Below are positions 18,587-26,736 of a DNA stretch of 64,000 bases, piece after piece (positions within the stretch are counted from its first letter, which is position 1; every line of letters begins with the position of its first letter). The notes under the pieces were generated by a model that saw only the letters and a program-made list of their open reading frames with translations, was not told where the DNA came from and made no database searches. Origin of the DNA: an uncultured Bifidobacteriaceae bacterium (lineage in GTDB: Bacteria; Actinomycetota; Actinomycetes; S36-B12); the NCBI GenBank assembly GCA_964597445.1, contig CAZQXO010000004.1, positions 19,642 to 83,641 of the forward strand. The letters run 5' to 3'. The translations under genes and the position numbers were made by a program.

Positions 18587-19704
18587 GCGACCACCTCCGC
18601 GCGTTCCCTCGTCGGCTGCGTCGTGACCCGGCTCGCGAGGGGAAGGGGAGGGGACGTCCAGGCGGGTGTGAGTGCGACACCGAGGGCCAGCACGGCGACC
18701 CACGGCAGAGTGGGCCAGGCGGGAGGATCGACGGTGGCGTCCATGCCCGGCACGCCCAGCCACCCCGCGGCCGCGAACGCTGCTGCGGTCACCGCGCCGG
18801 CCCCGGCGACTGCCCACTCGGGTGCCCGCCACGGATCCGGTCGGTAGCGGGTGCGCACGCGGGTTCGCCCGGCGCGCAGCACCGCGACCATCGTGGTCAG
18901 CGTCCCGAGGGCCATCATCGGCAGTCCGAGGTACGCGGGGGAGTCGGGGGAGACGAGGCCGAACACGCCGATGCAGGAGGCGACGAGGCCCGTCAGGAGC
19001 ATGAGCGACGTCGTGCGCCGCTCGCGCACGGTGATGTCACCGCGTCGTCCGTAGCCGCGGGAGTCCATGGCTGCGGCGAGTGTCACGGATCGCTCGAGGG
19101 CGCCCTCGAGGACGGGGATGGCCGAGCCTGCCAGCGCGCGCATTCCCGTGCTGCTGCGTCCTCGCAGTCGACGAGCGGTGCGGAGCCGTTCGACGTCGGC
19201 GACGAGCTGCGGGGTGAAGGTCAGGGCGACGACCACGCTGACGCCCAGCTCGTACAGGGCTGCGGGCACCGACTTGAGCAGTCGGGTCGGCGATGCGAGC
19301 GAGTTCGCTGCTCCGACGCACACGAGGATCGTGGCGAGGCGCAGTCCGTCGTAGAAGGCCATCAGGAGTGATTCCGCCGTGACGCTGCCCCCGAGACGGA
19401 TCCCGGCGAGCCACGCGGGCAGGTCGACCCCGGGAAGGTCCACAACCGTGGTGGTGCCGACCGATGCTCCGAAGATCACTTGGACTGCAACGCGAATGAC
19501 GATGACGACGAGGCCGAGCTTGAGGAAGAAGCCGAACGAGCGACCCCAGGGCTCCTGCGGTCGTCGGGCCTGGACGACGAGGGCCGCGACCCCGATGAGG
19601 AGGACGAGGAGCAACGGGTTGGTCGTGCGGCTGGCAGCCGCGGCCATGCCCAGTGCCCAGACCCACCAGGCGCCCGGGTGCAGCCATCGAGCATCGCGGG
19701 TCAT
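18583..19704 (-). CDS. ECF transporter transmembrane (T) component (CbiQ/EcfT family) with extra C-terminal TM extension
   Basis: ORF 18583..19728, likely starting at ATG 19704 (MTRDARWLHPGAWW, ATGA overlap with the upstream stop). CbiQ-like core including ARRLRG/ALERS-type coupling helices, then about 100 extra residues with 2 TM helices. Confidence 0.8.
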   Translation of the reverse strand: MTRDARWLHPGAWWVWALGMAAAASRTTNPLLLVLLIGVAALVVQARRPQEPWGRSFGFFLKLGLVVIVIRVAVQVIFGASVGTTTVVDLPGVDLPAWLAGIRLGGSVTAESLLMAFYDGLRLATILVCVGAANSLASPTRLLKSVPAALYELGVSVVVALTFTPQLVADVERLRTARRLRGRSSTGMRALAGSAIPVLEGALERSVTLAAAMDSRGYGRRGDITVRERRTTSLMLLTGLVASCIGVFGLVSPDSPAYLGLPMMALGTLTTMVAVLRAGRTRVRTRYRPDPWRAPEWAVAGAGAVTAAAFAAAGWLGVPGMDATVDPPAWPTLPWVAVLALGVALTPAWTSPPLPLASRVTTQPTRERAEVVA

Positions 19705-20450
19705 GAGCGCCTCCGGCGACGGAGCCACACGTACTGGAGCGCGCCGATGGCGAGCACGAGGATCACGGCCAGTGACGCGACGGGGGATCCGGTCGACCCG
19801 GACACCTCACCCTCGGGTGCCTCGCCGCCGGTGCCGGCATTGAGAGCCGAGCCCGGGGTGTCGAGCAGGAGCCCGGGGGTGAGCGCATCGTCGGGTCCTG
19901 CGGCGGCCGCCGCGACGTCGGCGTCGTCGAGGATCGGTGCGCATTCTCGGGCGGGGTAGCCGCCCAGGCCGCACACGAGTCCGTTGTCCGTCCGCACCTC
20001 GAGGACGCTCCGGAGGACGTCGTAGGCGGTCGCGTCCGCTTCCGTCACGATGCACTCCGCACGCTGGTCGATCGGCGTCTCGCCGTCGGGGGCGATTCCC
20101 GGCGTGCCCGGGTCGATGATCAGGGCGATCCGCTTGGTGCCGTCGGTGGCTGCTACGCCACTGCACACGTCGGCGAAGTCGGGAGGCATGGACGGAGCGG
20201 CCTCTGCCGCACCCGAATCCGAGCTGATGGCGAAGCTCCAGCCCTCGACCGATCCGTCCTCGGGGACGGCCGTGGCGGGACCCTGCGTGGCGAAGGTCCA
20301 GTCCGTCTCTTCCGGACCGGCCTGCCAGTACGTCCAGAAGCGATACGCGGACGCCTCGGCGGGAGCGGCGAGGGCGGTCGCGAACGCACCGAGCAGCAGG
20401 ACCGACATGGCCGGCCCCGCTGCTCGGTGACTCACGCGCGTCCTCGCCAT
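19701..20450 (-). CDS. Exported, C-terminally membrane-anchored protein (SCO2322-family-like), function unknown
   Basis: Signal peptide (MSVLLLGAFATALAAPAEASA), a Trp/Tyr-rich module (YRFWTYWQAGPEETDWTFA...VEGWSFAI), a 4-Cys module, a low-complexity linker, a TM helix and an RRRRRS tail. The family name is from memory of annotations and was not searched. Confidence 0.6.
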   Translation of the reverse strand: MARTRVSHRAAGPAMSVLLLGAFATALAAPAEASAYRFWTYWQAGPEETDWTFATQGPATAVPEDGSVEGWSFAISSDSGAAEAAPSMPPDFADVCSGVAATDGTKRIALIIDPGTPGIAPDGETPIDQRAECIVTEADATAYDVLRSVLEVRTDNGLVCGLGGYPARECAPILDDADVAAAAAGPDDALTPGLLLDTPGSALNAGTGGEAPEGEVSGSTGSPVASLAVILVLAIGALQYVWLRRRRRS

Positions 20451-20454
20451 CGGA

Positions 20455-21510
20455 CTAGCGGCGCATCGAGGAGGACAGGGTCGTGACGAGGTTGACCCCG
20501 CCGAACGACGTGGGCCTCGCTCCGGTCGCCTCGGCGACCATCAGCAGCAGCCCTGCTGCCCCGGGGCTCCCGGACGCGTAGGTGCCCGCGTTGGCCTTCA
20601 GTGCCGCTGTTCCGCGTGCGATCGCAGCGCGACCCTCGCGGGCGAGGCTCAGGCCGAGGACGGCGTAGGCCGTCGAGGCGTAGTCCGGGCCGCCCATGGA
20701 TGAGTCCAGCACTCCTGACCTCGACAGGTTCGAGGCGAGGTAGCTGATCCCCTTCGCTCGAGCAGTGTTCGCGCAGGCCGCAGAGGCACCCGCGGCAGGC
20801 TGGCGGGTGACCGGCAGGGAGCCCGTGATCCCGAGGACGCCCTGCGACGTCGCGAGGCCGTCGGGCCGGCTGCCCGGCTGGTAGGCGAAGCCGCCGCCGC
20901 TGGCGCAGGAGGAGGCGGTGCTGCCCAGGAAGCGCATGGCCTCGCGGTAGGGCGACGATCCGAGATTGCCACCCCACGTGTTCGCGGCCGCGAGGGCGAG
21001 TCCGGTGGAGTTCGCGTCGGAGGCTCCCCCGGGGAAGTACGGCCAGCCGCCATCGGCGTTCTGCTGCTGACGGATCCATCGCCCCGCTGCCTCGGCGGCA
21101 TCCACGACCCTCGAGAGCTGTGCCGGCTTCAGGGTGATCCTGCTGTCATCGAGGGCCATGAGGGCCATCAGTGCCATGGCCGTGCTGTTGGTGTCGGGTC
21201 CGGTGTAGGTGGCGGGGTCCGGGGACGCGCACGGCTCCGACGTGGTGGGTCGGTAGTCCTCGAAGGATCCATCGGCGCACTGCTGGCGCAGCAGCCAGGA
21301 GACGGCGGCCGCAGGAGGGGTGATCTCGTGTGCGGTCAGGCCCAGGAGGCCGAGAGACTGGCGGAAGACCCCGTCGTATGTGGGGTCCGACGCCCCGTAG
21401 AGGCCGGCGTCGGGCGTGGCGGCCGCAGCCGTGCCGACTCCGGTGGACAGGGCTGCCGTGGCGCTGATGAGGGCGACGGCGGCGCGCCGGCGCACCAAGG
21501 TGCGAAGCAT
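20455..21510 (-). CDS. Exported prenyltransferase/squalene-oxidase-repeat (alpha-alpha toroid) protein
   Basis: RR-containing signal peptide (MLRTLVRRRAAVALISATAALSTGVGTAAAA). Repeats LRQQCADGSFEDY, IRQQQNADGGWPYFPG and ASGGGFAYQPG. First gene after the B12 riboswitch. Confidence 0.75.
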   Translation of the reverse strand: MLRTLVRRRAAVALISATAALSTGVGTAAAATPDAGLYGASDPTYDGVFRQSLGLLGLTAHEITPPAAAVSWLLRQQCADGSFEDYRPTTSEPCASPDPATYTGPDTNSTAMALMALMALDDSRITLKPAQLSRVVDAAEAAGRWIRQQQNADGGWPYFPGGASDANSTGLALAAANTWGGNLGSSPYREAMRFLGSTASSCASGGGFAYQPGSRPDGLATSQGVLGITGSLPVTRQPAAGASAACANTARAKGISYLASNLSRSGVLDSSMGGPDYASTAYAVLGLSLAREGRAAIARGTAALKANAGTYASGSPGAAGLLLMVAEATGARPTSFGGVNLVTTLSSSMRR

Positions 21511-21555
21511 GGGTGCCTTTCAGGTGAGCGGTGCCGGATCAGGGGGCACGCATCC

Positions 21556-21592
21556 TGAAAAGCGCGATCCCCGCAGCGCGGGCGCTGCGGGG
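21556..21592 (-). terminator. Intrinsic terminator forming the riboswitch expression platform
   Basis: The minus strand reads CCCCGCAGCGC-GG-GCGCTGCGGGG followed by ATCGCGCTTTTCAGG. It lies 45 nt upstream of the ATG at 21510, which has GAAAGG as SD. Confidence 0.7.
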
Positions 21593-21800
21593 AGCATGGG
21601 TCAGGACCCGAGCTCCCGTCCCGTTACCTCGACGGATGGAGCCGCTCGCGTTCGCCAGGTGCTCCGACTCTCCCCGGTTCAGGGCTGGGCCCTGACGTGG
21701 GAACACGGTTGCGGGACAGCGCCGGATTCGCACCGGACTTCCCCTGGACGTCGAACGAGTGGTGTTCAGTTGTGGGGGCATCCGACCACGGGGCGCATAC
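21556..21800 (-). promoter_or_regulatory. Cobalamin (B12) riboswitch, aptamer plus terminator
   Basis: The minus strand contains CAGGGGAAGTCCGGTGCGAATCCGGCGCTGTCCCGCAACCGTG, matching the conserved GGGAA..GGTG..AA.TCC..GCTG.CCCGCAAC.GT core. A B12-box-like GAGTCGGAGCACCTGGC sits at 21654-21671. The 5' boundary is approximate. Confidence 0.85.
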
Positions 21801-21830
21801 CCGTGTCAAAGGTTTCGGGCATCGGGTGCG

Positions 21831-22037
21831 TCACCCCTCGGGATGGAGTCCCATGGGGCCGTAGACCTCCCGCTGCTCCTCGAGGAGCACGACCTGATGC
21901 ACCCCGGAGTCGAGGAGGTCCCTCCAGCTCTCGCCGATCCACGTCTCGGCGTCGGACTGCGAGGGGAAGGACTGAGAGCAGCCGGATCCCACCGGCGACC
22001 CGTCCGATGCCTCGAGGCGCCAGAACCACTGGCTCAT
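21831..22037 (-). CDS. Small conserved hypothetical protein (68 aa)
   Basis: MSQWFWRLEASDGSPVG...WIGESWRDLLDSGVHQVVLLEE. High GC3, and a 4-nt overlap with the stop of the upstream DUF3043 gene suggests translational coupling. Confidence 0.5.
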   Translation of the reverse strand: MSQWFWRLEASDGSPVGSGCSQSFPSQSDAETWIGESWRDLLDSGVHQVVLLEEQREVYGPMGLHPEG

Positions 22038-22639
22038 CGTCGTTCGACCGGTGCGCCGCCGCGCTTGACCTTGGGCGGCGGGATGCGAAGTCGGCGCAGC
22101 TGGAGCGTGCGCAGGATGGCGTAGAGGGTGATGCCCTTGCGCTCGGCCTTGTCGGGGAACTGCTTGGCGGCTCGACGGTTCAGCGTCACCAGCAGGATGA
22201 CGGTGTCGATCACGATCAGCGCGGTGAACGCGAAGAAGGCCAACGAGACGAAGGACTGCACGGCCGGGTTCTGGACGAATCCGAGCACGAGCACGGCGAT
22301 CGCGACGAAGATGAAGAACTCGGCGATCGTGAACCGCGAGTCGACGAAGTCCCGTGTGAAGGCTTTGGCGGGACCTTGGTCGCGCGGCGGAAGGTAGCGA
22401 TCGTCACCCGCCATCATGGCCGCGCGGGCCTTCGCGCGCTCGGCCCGATCCCGCTCACGAGCGGCCTTCTTGGCGGCCCGGGGGTCCTTGGGGATCTTCA
22501 GCTGCTGCTTGCGGGCTGCCTCAGCCTCCTTGCGGGACGGCGTCGGGCGGCCCTTCGGCGCACGCGGGTCCTCCAGGGAGGTGTCGTCCGCATTCGACGG
22601 GACGTCATCGGGGGCGGGGGGCTTCTGGCGTCCGAACAT
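22034..22639 (-). CDS. DUF3043-family membrane protein (Rv2206-like)
   Basis: Lys/Arg-rich N-terminal region, then two TM helices (FTIAEFFIFVAIAVLVLGF, SLAFFAFTALIVIDTVILLV). Synteny matches Rv2206. Confidence 0.8.
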   Translation of the reverse strand: MFGRQKPPAPDDVPSNADDTSLEDPRAPKGRPTPSRKEAEAARKQQLKIPKDPRAAKKAARERDRAERAKARAAMMAGDDRYLPPRDQGPAKAFTRDFVDSRFTIAEFFIFVAIAVLVLGFVQNPAVQSFVSLAFFAFTALIVIDTVILLVTLNRRAAKQFPDKAERKGITLYAILRTLQLRRLRIPPPKVKRGGAPVERR

Positions 22640-22713
22640 GATGCTCGAGCCTAATGGGAATCCCGGGCAGAGGTTAGGCTGGTGTCACCGTCCTCGAGGA
22701 AAGGTCTTCCGCC

Positions 22714-23442
22714 ATGGGTCTGTGGCAGCGCTTCACCCTGATCTTCAAGTCCAAGGCGAACAAGGCGCTCGATCGCGCCGAGGACCCCCGCGAGACTCTG
22801 GACTACTCGTACGAGAAGCAGCTCGAGCTGCTCCAGAAGGTGCGTCGTGGAGTGGCGGATGTCGCCACGAGCCGCAAGCGGCTCGAACTGCAGATCCAGG
22901 GCCTCGCCCAGCAGGAGGGCAAGCTGGAGCAGCAGGCCAAGGCGGCGCTGGCGGGTGGACGGGAGGATCTCGCCCGGGAGGCCCTGACCCGTCGCAGTGG
23001 GCTGCACACGCAGATCGCCGACCTGCAGGCCCAGCTGGCGACGCTCCAGGAGCAGGAGGAGAAGTTGACGGTCGCGGCGCAGCAGCTCCAGTCCAAGGTG
23101 GAGGCCTTCCGCACCAAGAAGGAGACCATCAAGGCGACCTACTCGGCGGCGGAGGCCCAGGCGAAGATCGGCGAGGCTGTCGCGGGCATCTCCAGCGAGC
23201 TCGGTGATGTCGGCCTCGCGGTGCAGCGCGCTGAGGACAAGACAGCTCAGATGCAGGCTCGCGCCGGGGCGATCGACGAGCTCGTGGCCAGCGGGGCGCT
23301 GACGGACGTGACCTCCATGGGCAAGGACGACATCACCGTGGAGCTCGAGCGCATGGCGAGCGAGAACGACGTGAACGCCCAGCTCGAGGCGATGAAGCGC
23401 GAACTCGAGTCCGGTGGCGGCACGCCACAGATCACGCAGTAG
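22714..23442 (+). CDS. pspA: PspA/IM30-family protein (phage-shock protein A-like)
   Basis: MGLWQRFTLIFKSKANKALDRAEDPRETLDYSYEKQLELLQKVRRGVADV followed by a long coiled coil, the typical PspA/Vipp1 N-terminus. Confidence 0.9.
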   Translation: MGLWQRFTLIFKSKANKALDRAEDPRETLDYSYEKQLELLQKVRRGVADVATSRKRLELQIQGLAQQEGKLEQQAKAALAGGREDLAREALTRRSGLHTQIADLQAQLATLQEQEEKLTVAAQQLQSKVEAFRTKKETIKATYSAAEAQAKIGEAVAGISSELGDVGLAVQRAEDKTAQMQARAGAIDELVASGALTDVTSMGKDDITVELERMASENDVNAQLEAMKRELESGGGTPQITQ

Positions 23443-23459
23443 GTCGGTGGGCTGAGCTC

Positions 23460-24362
23460 ATGCGTGCGACCCGCTACGGGACGGATAGGGGACTCTCCGC
23501 CCGCATGATGGGCACCCTGTTCGGCATCGGCCTGCTGTACGTGATCCTCGCGGCGCTGTTGCTGGCGCTGGGCTTCAACGCGTTCTTCGTCCTCGCCCTG
23601 AGCGGCGGTCTCCTGTTCGCCCAGTGGTGGTTCTCCGACTCTCTGGCGATGTCCGCGATGCGGGCTGTCGTGGTCACGCCGGAGCAGGCACCGCAGCTTC
23701 ATGCCCTCGTCGATCGAGTGTGCGCGATGGCCGACATGGAGAAGCCCCGCATCGGCATCGCCGAGAGTGATGTGCCGAATGCCTTCGCGACGGGACGCAC
23801 CCCGAGTCGGTCGGTCATCGTCGTGACGACGGGTCTCCTGCGCCGACTGGATCAGGAGGAGCTCGAGGGGGTCCTCGCCCATGAGCTGTCGCACGTCGCG
23901 CACCGCGACGTCACGGTCATGACGGTGGCCTCCTTCACCGCGATCCTCGCCGGCTTCATGGCGCGGAGTGTGATGTGGTCGAGCATGGGACGCAATCGCG
24001 ACCAGAACACGGCGCTGCTCTTCCTCGTCGTGATGGTGGTGAGCGTCCTCGTCTACTTCATCTCCTTCATCCTCATGCGCGCCCTATCGAGGTATCGAGA
24101 GCTGGGTGCGGATCGTGGCGCGGCCCTGCTGACCGGACGGCCCTCGGCCCTGGCGCGGGCGCTGCAGAAGATCTCCGGTGACATGGCGGCGATCCCGACC
24201 CGGGATCTTCGCCAGATGGAGCCCGTGAGCGCGTTCGCCTTCGCCCCCGCGCTGGTGAAGGGGGGAGGCTTCAGCCTCGAGTCGATCATGGCCACCCACC
24301 CTTCGCTGGACAAGCGGCTCGCGCAGCTCGCCCGGATCTCGGCCGAGCTCGGCGAGCGGTAG
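23460..24362 (+). CDS. htpX: M48-family zinc metalloprotease HtpX
   Basis: HELSHVAHRD (HExxH) motif, 4 TM segments and the C-terminal HPSLDKRL motif. Starts 17 nt after the pspA stop. Confidence 0.92.
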   Translation: MRATRYGTDRGLSARMMGTLFGIGLLYVILAALLLALGFNAFFVLALSGGLLFAQWWFSDSLAMSAMRAVVVTPEQAPQLHALVDRVCAMADMEKPRIGIAESDVPNAFATGRTPSRSVIVVTTGLLRRLDQEELEGVLAHELSHVAHRDVTVMTVASFTAILAGFMARSVMWSSMGRNRDQNTALLFLVVMVVSVLVYFISFILMRALSRYRELGADRGAALLTGRPSALARALQKISGDMAAIPTRDLRQMEPVSAFAFAPALVKGGGFSLESIMATHPSLDKRLAQLARISAELGER

Positions 24363-24368
24363 GCGCGC

Positions 24369-24938
24369 ATGGGATTCTTCGACGCCGTCCTGGGCCGACG
24401 CCGGGCGGCCAAGCCGGACCTCGATGCCCTCTTCGCCCTCCCTCAGGCGGCGATCTCCCTGCAGGTGAGTCTCGACATGGAGCCGACCGGTCGGGGATCT
24501 GTCGCCTTCCGGGCTCCGGAGGGTCGCGCGTTCGCCGACGTCGAGGCGGAGGCGCGTGCGCTGCTGGACGCCGATGCCGGCCCTCCGGTCGAGGTCAGCC
24601 GGGACGGCTTCGGGTACACGTGGATCGTCGTCAGCACCCAGCCGGCCGACCTGCCCACGGTCGTGACGGATCTTCATGCGGTCAACACGTCCCTGGCGGA
24701 TGCCGGGTTCGGCCCGCAACTGCTCTGCTCCCAGGCGTCCTTCCGCGGTCCGTCGGGCGAGGAGCTGGCCCTCGTCTACCTGTACAAGCGCGGGACGTTC
24801 TACCCCTTCGCTCCGCTGCCGGGCGAGCAGCGCGACACCATGCTGGAACTCCGCGTCCGGGACCTGCTGGCGGGTGAGCTGCCGCTCGAGCCCGATCTCT
24901 CCCGATGGTTCGCCATCTGGGGTGCGCCCGGCCTCTGA
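24369..24938 (+). CDS. Conserved hypothetical protein co-operonic with pspA-htpX (PspA-associated)
   Basis: 189-aa soluble ORF starting 6 nt after the htpX stop. High GC3. I recognise no catalytic motif. Confidence 0.6.
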   Translation: MGFFDAVLGRRRAAKPDLDALFALPQAAISLQVSLDMEPTGRGSVAFRAPEGRAFADVEAEARALLDADAGPPVEVSRDGFGYTWIVVSTQPADLPTVVTDLHAVNTSLADAGFGPQLLCSQASFRGPSGEELALVYLYKRGTFYPFAPLPGEQRDTMLELRVRDLLAGELPLEPDLSRWFAIWGAPGL

Positions 24939-24958
24939 CGCCCGGGCAGGGGTGGCCG

Positions 24959-26149
24959 TCAGTCGCGAGCTGCGGTGGTTCCGGGAAGAGCGAGCATGCG
25001 ATCGAGCGCGACCTTCGCCCAGTGAGCAGTCTCCGGGTCGACGGTGATGCGGTTGGGAACCGCTCCCTCCACCAAGGACTCGAGGGCCCACACGAGGTGC
25101 GGCAGGTCGATCCGGTTCATCGTCGAGCAGTAGCAGACGGTCCGGTCCAGATAGACGATCTCCTTGTCGGGATGCTGCAGGGCGAGGCGCTTCACGAGAT
25201 TGAGCTCCGTGCCCACGGCCCACGCCGACCCCGGCTCCGCCTGCGCGATCGTCGCGATGATCTTCTCGGTCGATCCCACGACATCGGCCTTCTCGACGAC
25301 GTCGAACGAGCACTCGGGATGGACGATGACGGAGATGCCCGGAACGCGCTCCCGCACCTCGTCCACGCAGTCCGGGGTGAAGCGACCATGGACGGAGCAG
25401 TGGCCGCGCCACAGGATCATGCGCGCGCGGCGGATCTGCTCGTCGCTGAGCCCGCCTCGCGGCTTGAGCGGATTGAAGACGACGCAGTCCTCGAGGCTCA
25501 TGCCGAGGTCGCGGACAGCGGTGTTGCGGCCGAGGTGCTGGTCGGGCAGGAACAGCACTTTCTCCCCTCGCTCGAACGCCCAGGCCAGGCTGCGCTCCGC
25601 GTTGCTCGAGGTGCAGACGGCGCCACCGTGGCGTCCGGTGAAGGCCTTGATCGCCGCGGTCGAGTTCATGTATGTGATCGGGACGGTGGTGTCGGCCACG
25701 CCGACGTCCTCGAGGACCGCCCAGCAGTCCTCGACCTGGGAGATCGAGGCCATGTCGGCCATCGAGCAGCCCGCCGCGAGATCGGGAAGCACCACCTGCT
25801 GGTGCTCGGCGGTGAGGATGTCGGCGCTCTCCGCCATGAAGTGCACGCCCTCGAAGACGATGAACTCCGCCTCGGGGTGCGCGGCCGCCTGCTGTGCCAG
25901 CTTGAAGGAGTCCCCGGTGACGTCGGCGAAGGCGATGACCTCATCACGCTGGTAGTGGTGACCGAGGATGAACACCCGGTCACCGAGGGCCTCCTTGGCA
26001 CGACGTGCGCGCTCGACGAGGTCCGGGTCCGAGGGAGCGGGGAGGTCCCCCGGGCACACGACCCCGGCCTCGGTGTCCGGATCCGAGCCATGCCCCAGCA
26101 GCAGGAGCGCCAGTGGGGTCGGCTCGGGCTCGGTGAAGGAGGTCGCCAT
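24959..26149 (-). CDS. nadA: Quinolinate synthase
   Basis: ORF 24959..26179 trimmed to ATG 26149 (MATSFTEP). Motifs ILGHHYQRDEV, FIVFEGVHFMAESA, CSMADMA and CYCSTMNRI. Confidence 0.92.
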   Translation of the reverse strand: MATSFTEPEPTPLALLLLGHGSDPDTEAGVVCPGDLPAPSDPDLVERARRAKEALGDRVFILGHHYQRDEVIAFADVTGDSFKLAQQAAAHPEAEFIVFEGVHFMAESADILTAEHQQVVLPDLAAGCSMADMASISQVEDCWAVLEDVGVADTTVPITYMNSTAAIKAFTGRHGGAVCTSSNAERSLAWAFERGEKVLFLPDQHLGRNTAVRDLGMSLEDCVVFNPLKPRGGLSDEQIRRARMILWRGHCSVHGRFTPDCVDEVRERVPGISVIVHPECSFDVVEKADVVGSTEKIIATIAQAEPGSAWAVGTELNLVKRLALQHPDKEIVYLDRTVCYCSTMNRIDLPHLVWALESLVEGAVPNRITVDPETAHWAKVALDRMLALPGTTAARD

Positions 26150-26287
26150 GCCCTCAGTTTCCCATGGCGCAGCCAGCATGCTCGCGCGCGCTCCTCAGGC
26201 ATGTGACAATCTGGGAATACGTCTCTTCGCCTCAGCGTTGGCGCGAGGGCGACGTCCGCATCAGGAATCGATCCGAGAGGCATCACC

Positions 26288-26647
26288 ATGTCGGCTGACA
26301 CCACCCTTGACGCACCCGTGACGGACGGCATCGTCCTGACGGAAGGCGCGGCCACGAAGGTCAAGGCGCTGCTCGACAGCGAGGGCCGCGACGACCTGGC
26401 CCTGCGCATCGCTGTCCAGCCGGGAGGCTGCTCCGGCCTTCGGTACCAGCTCTTCTTCGACGACCGCTCCCTGGACGGTGACGTGGTTCGTGACTTCGAC
26501 GGCGTCGCCGTGGTCACCGACCGCATGAGCGCCCCGTACCTGTCCGGCGCCACGATCGACTTCGTCGACACGATCGAGAAGCAGGGCTTCACGATCGACA
26601 ACCCGAATGCGACCGGCTCCTGCGCCTGCGGGGACTCCTTCCACTGA
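26288..26647 (+). CDS. erpA: A-type iron-sulfur cluster insertion/carrier protein (HesB/ErpA family, Rv2204c-like)
   Basis: GGCSGLRYQLFFD and a C-terminal GSCACGDSFH. Confidence 0.93.
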   Translation: MSADTTLDAPVTDGIVLTEGAATKVKALLDSEGRDDLALRIAVQPGGCSGLRYQLFFDDRSLDGDVVRDFDGVAVVTDRMSAPYLSGATIDFVDTIEKQGFTIDNPNATGSCACGDSFH

Positions 26648-26661
26648 TCCGCGTGACCCCC

Positions 26662-26693
26662 GAACGGCCGCCCGCCCTCGCGGGCGGCCGTTC
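26662..26693 (+). terminator. Stem-loop terminator after erpA
   Basis: GAACGGCCGCCCGC-cctc-GCGGGCGGCCGTTC, a 14-bp perfect stem located 15 nt after the stop. No clear U-tract. Confidence 0.6.
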
Positions 26694-26736
26694 GTGCTTC
26701 CCCGAGCGATCCCGGCGCCCGGTAGGGTCCTGACCC

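Noticed and set aside
21804-21809. Perfect TTGACA (-35-like, minus strand) just upstream of the riboswitch
   Set aside because: No TANNNT -10 hexamer lies 16-19 nt downstream (that stretch reads GGTCGGA). The operon may instead be transcribed from another start or by read-through from the DUF3043/small-ORF genes. Not reported as a promoter.
26150-26287. NAD-regulator (NrtR/NiaR-type) operator between nadA and erpA
   Set aside because: I could not identify a palindrome matching any regulator motif I can state precisely. The divergent pairing of nadA (a 4Fe-4S enzyme) with an A-type Fe-S carrier is conserved synteny rather than a new observation.
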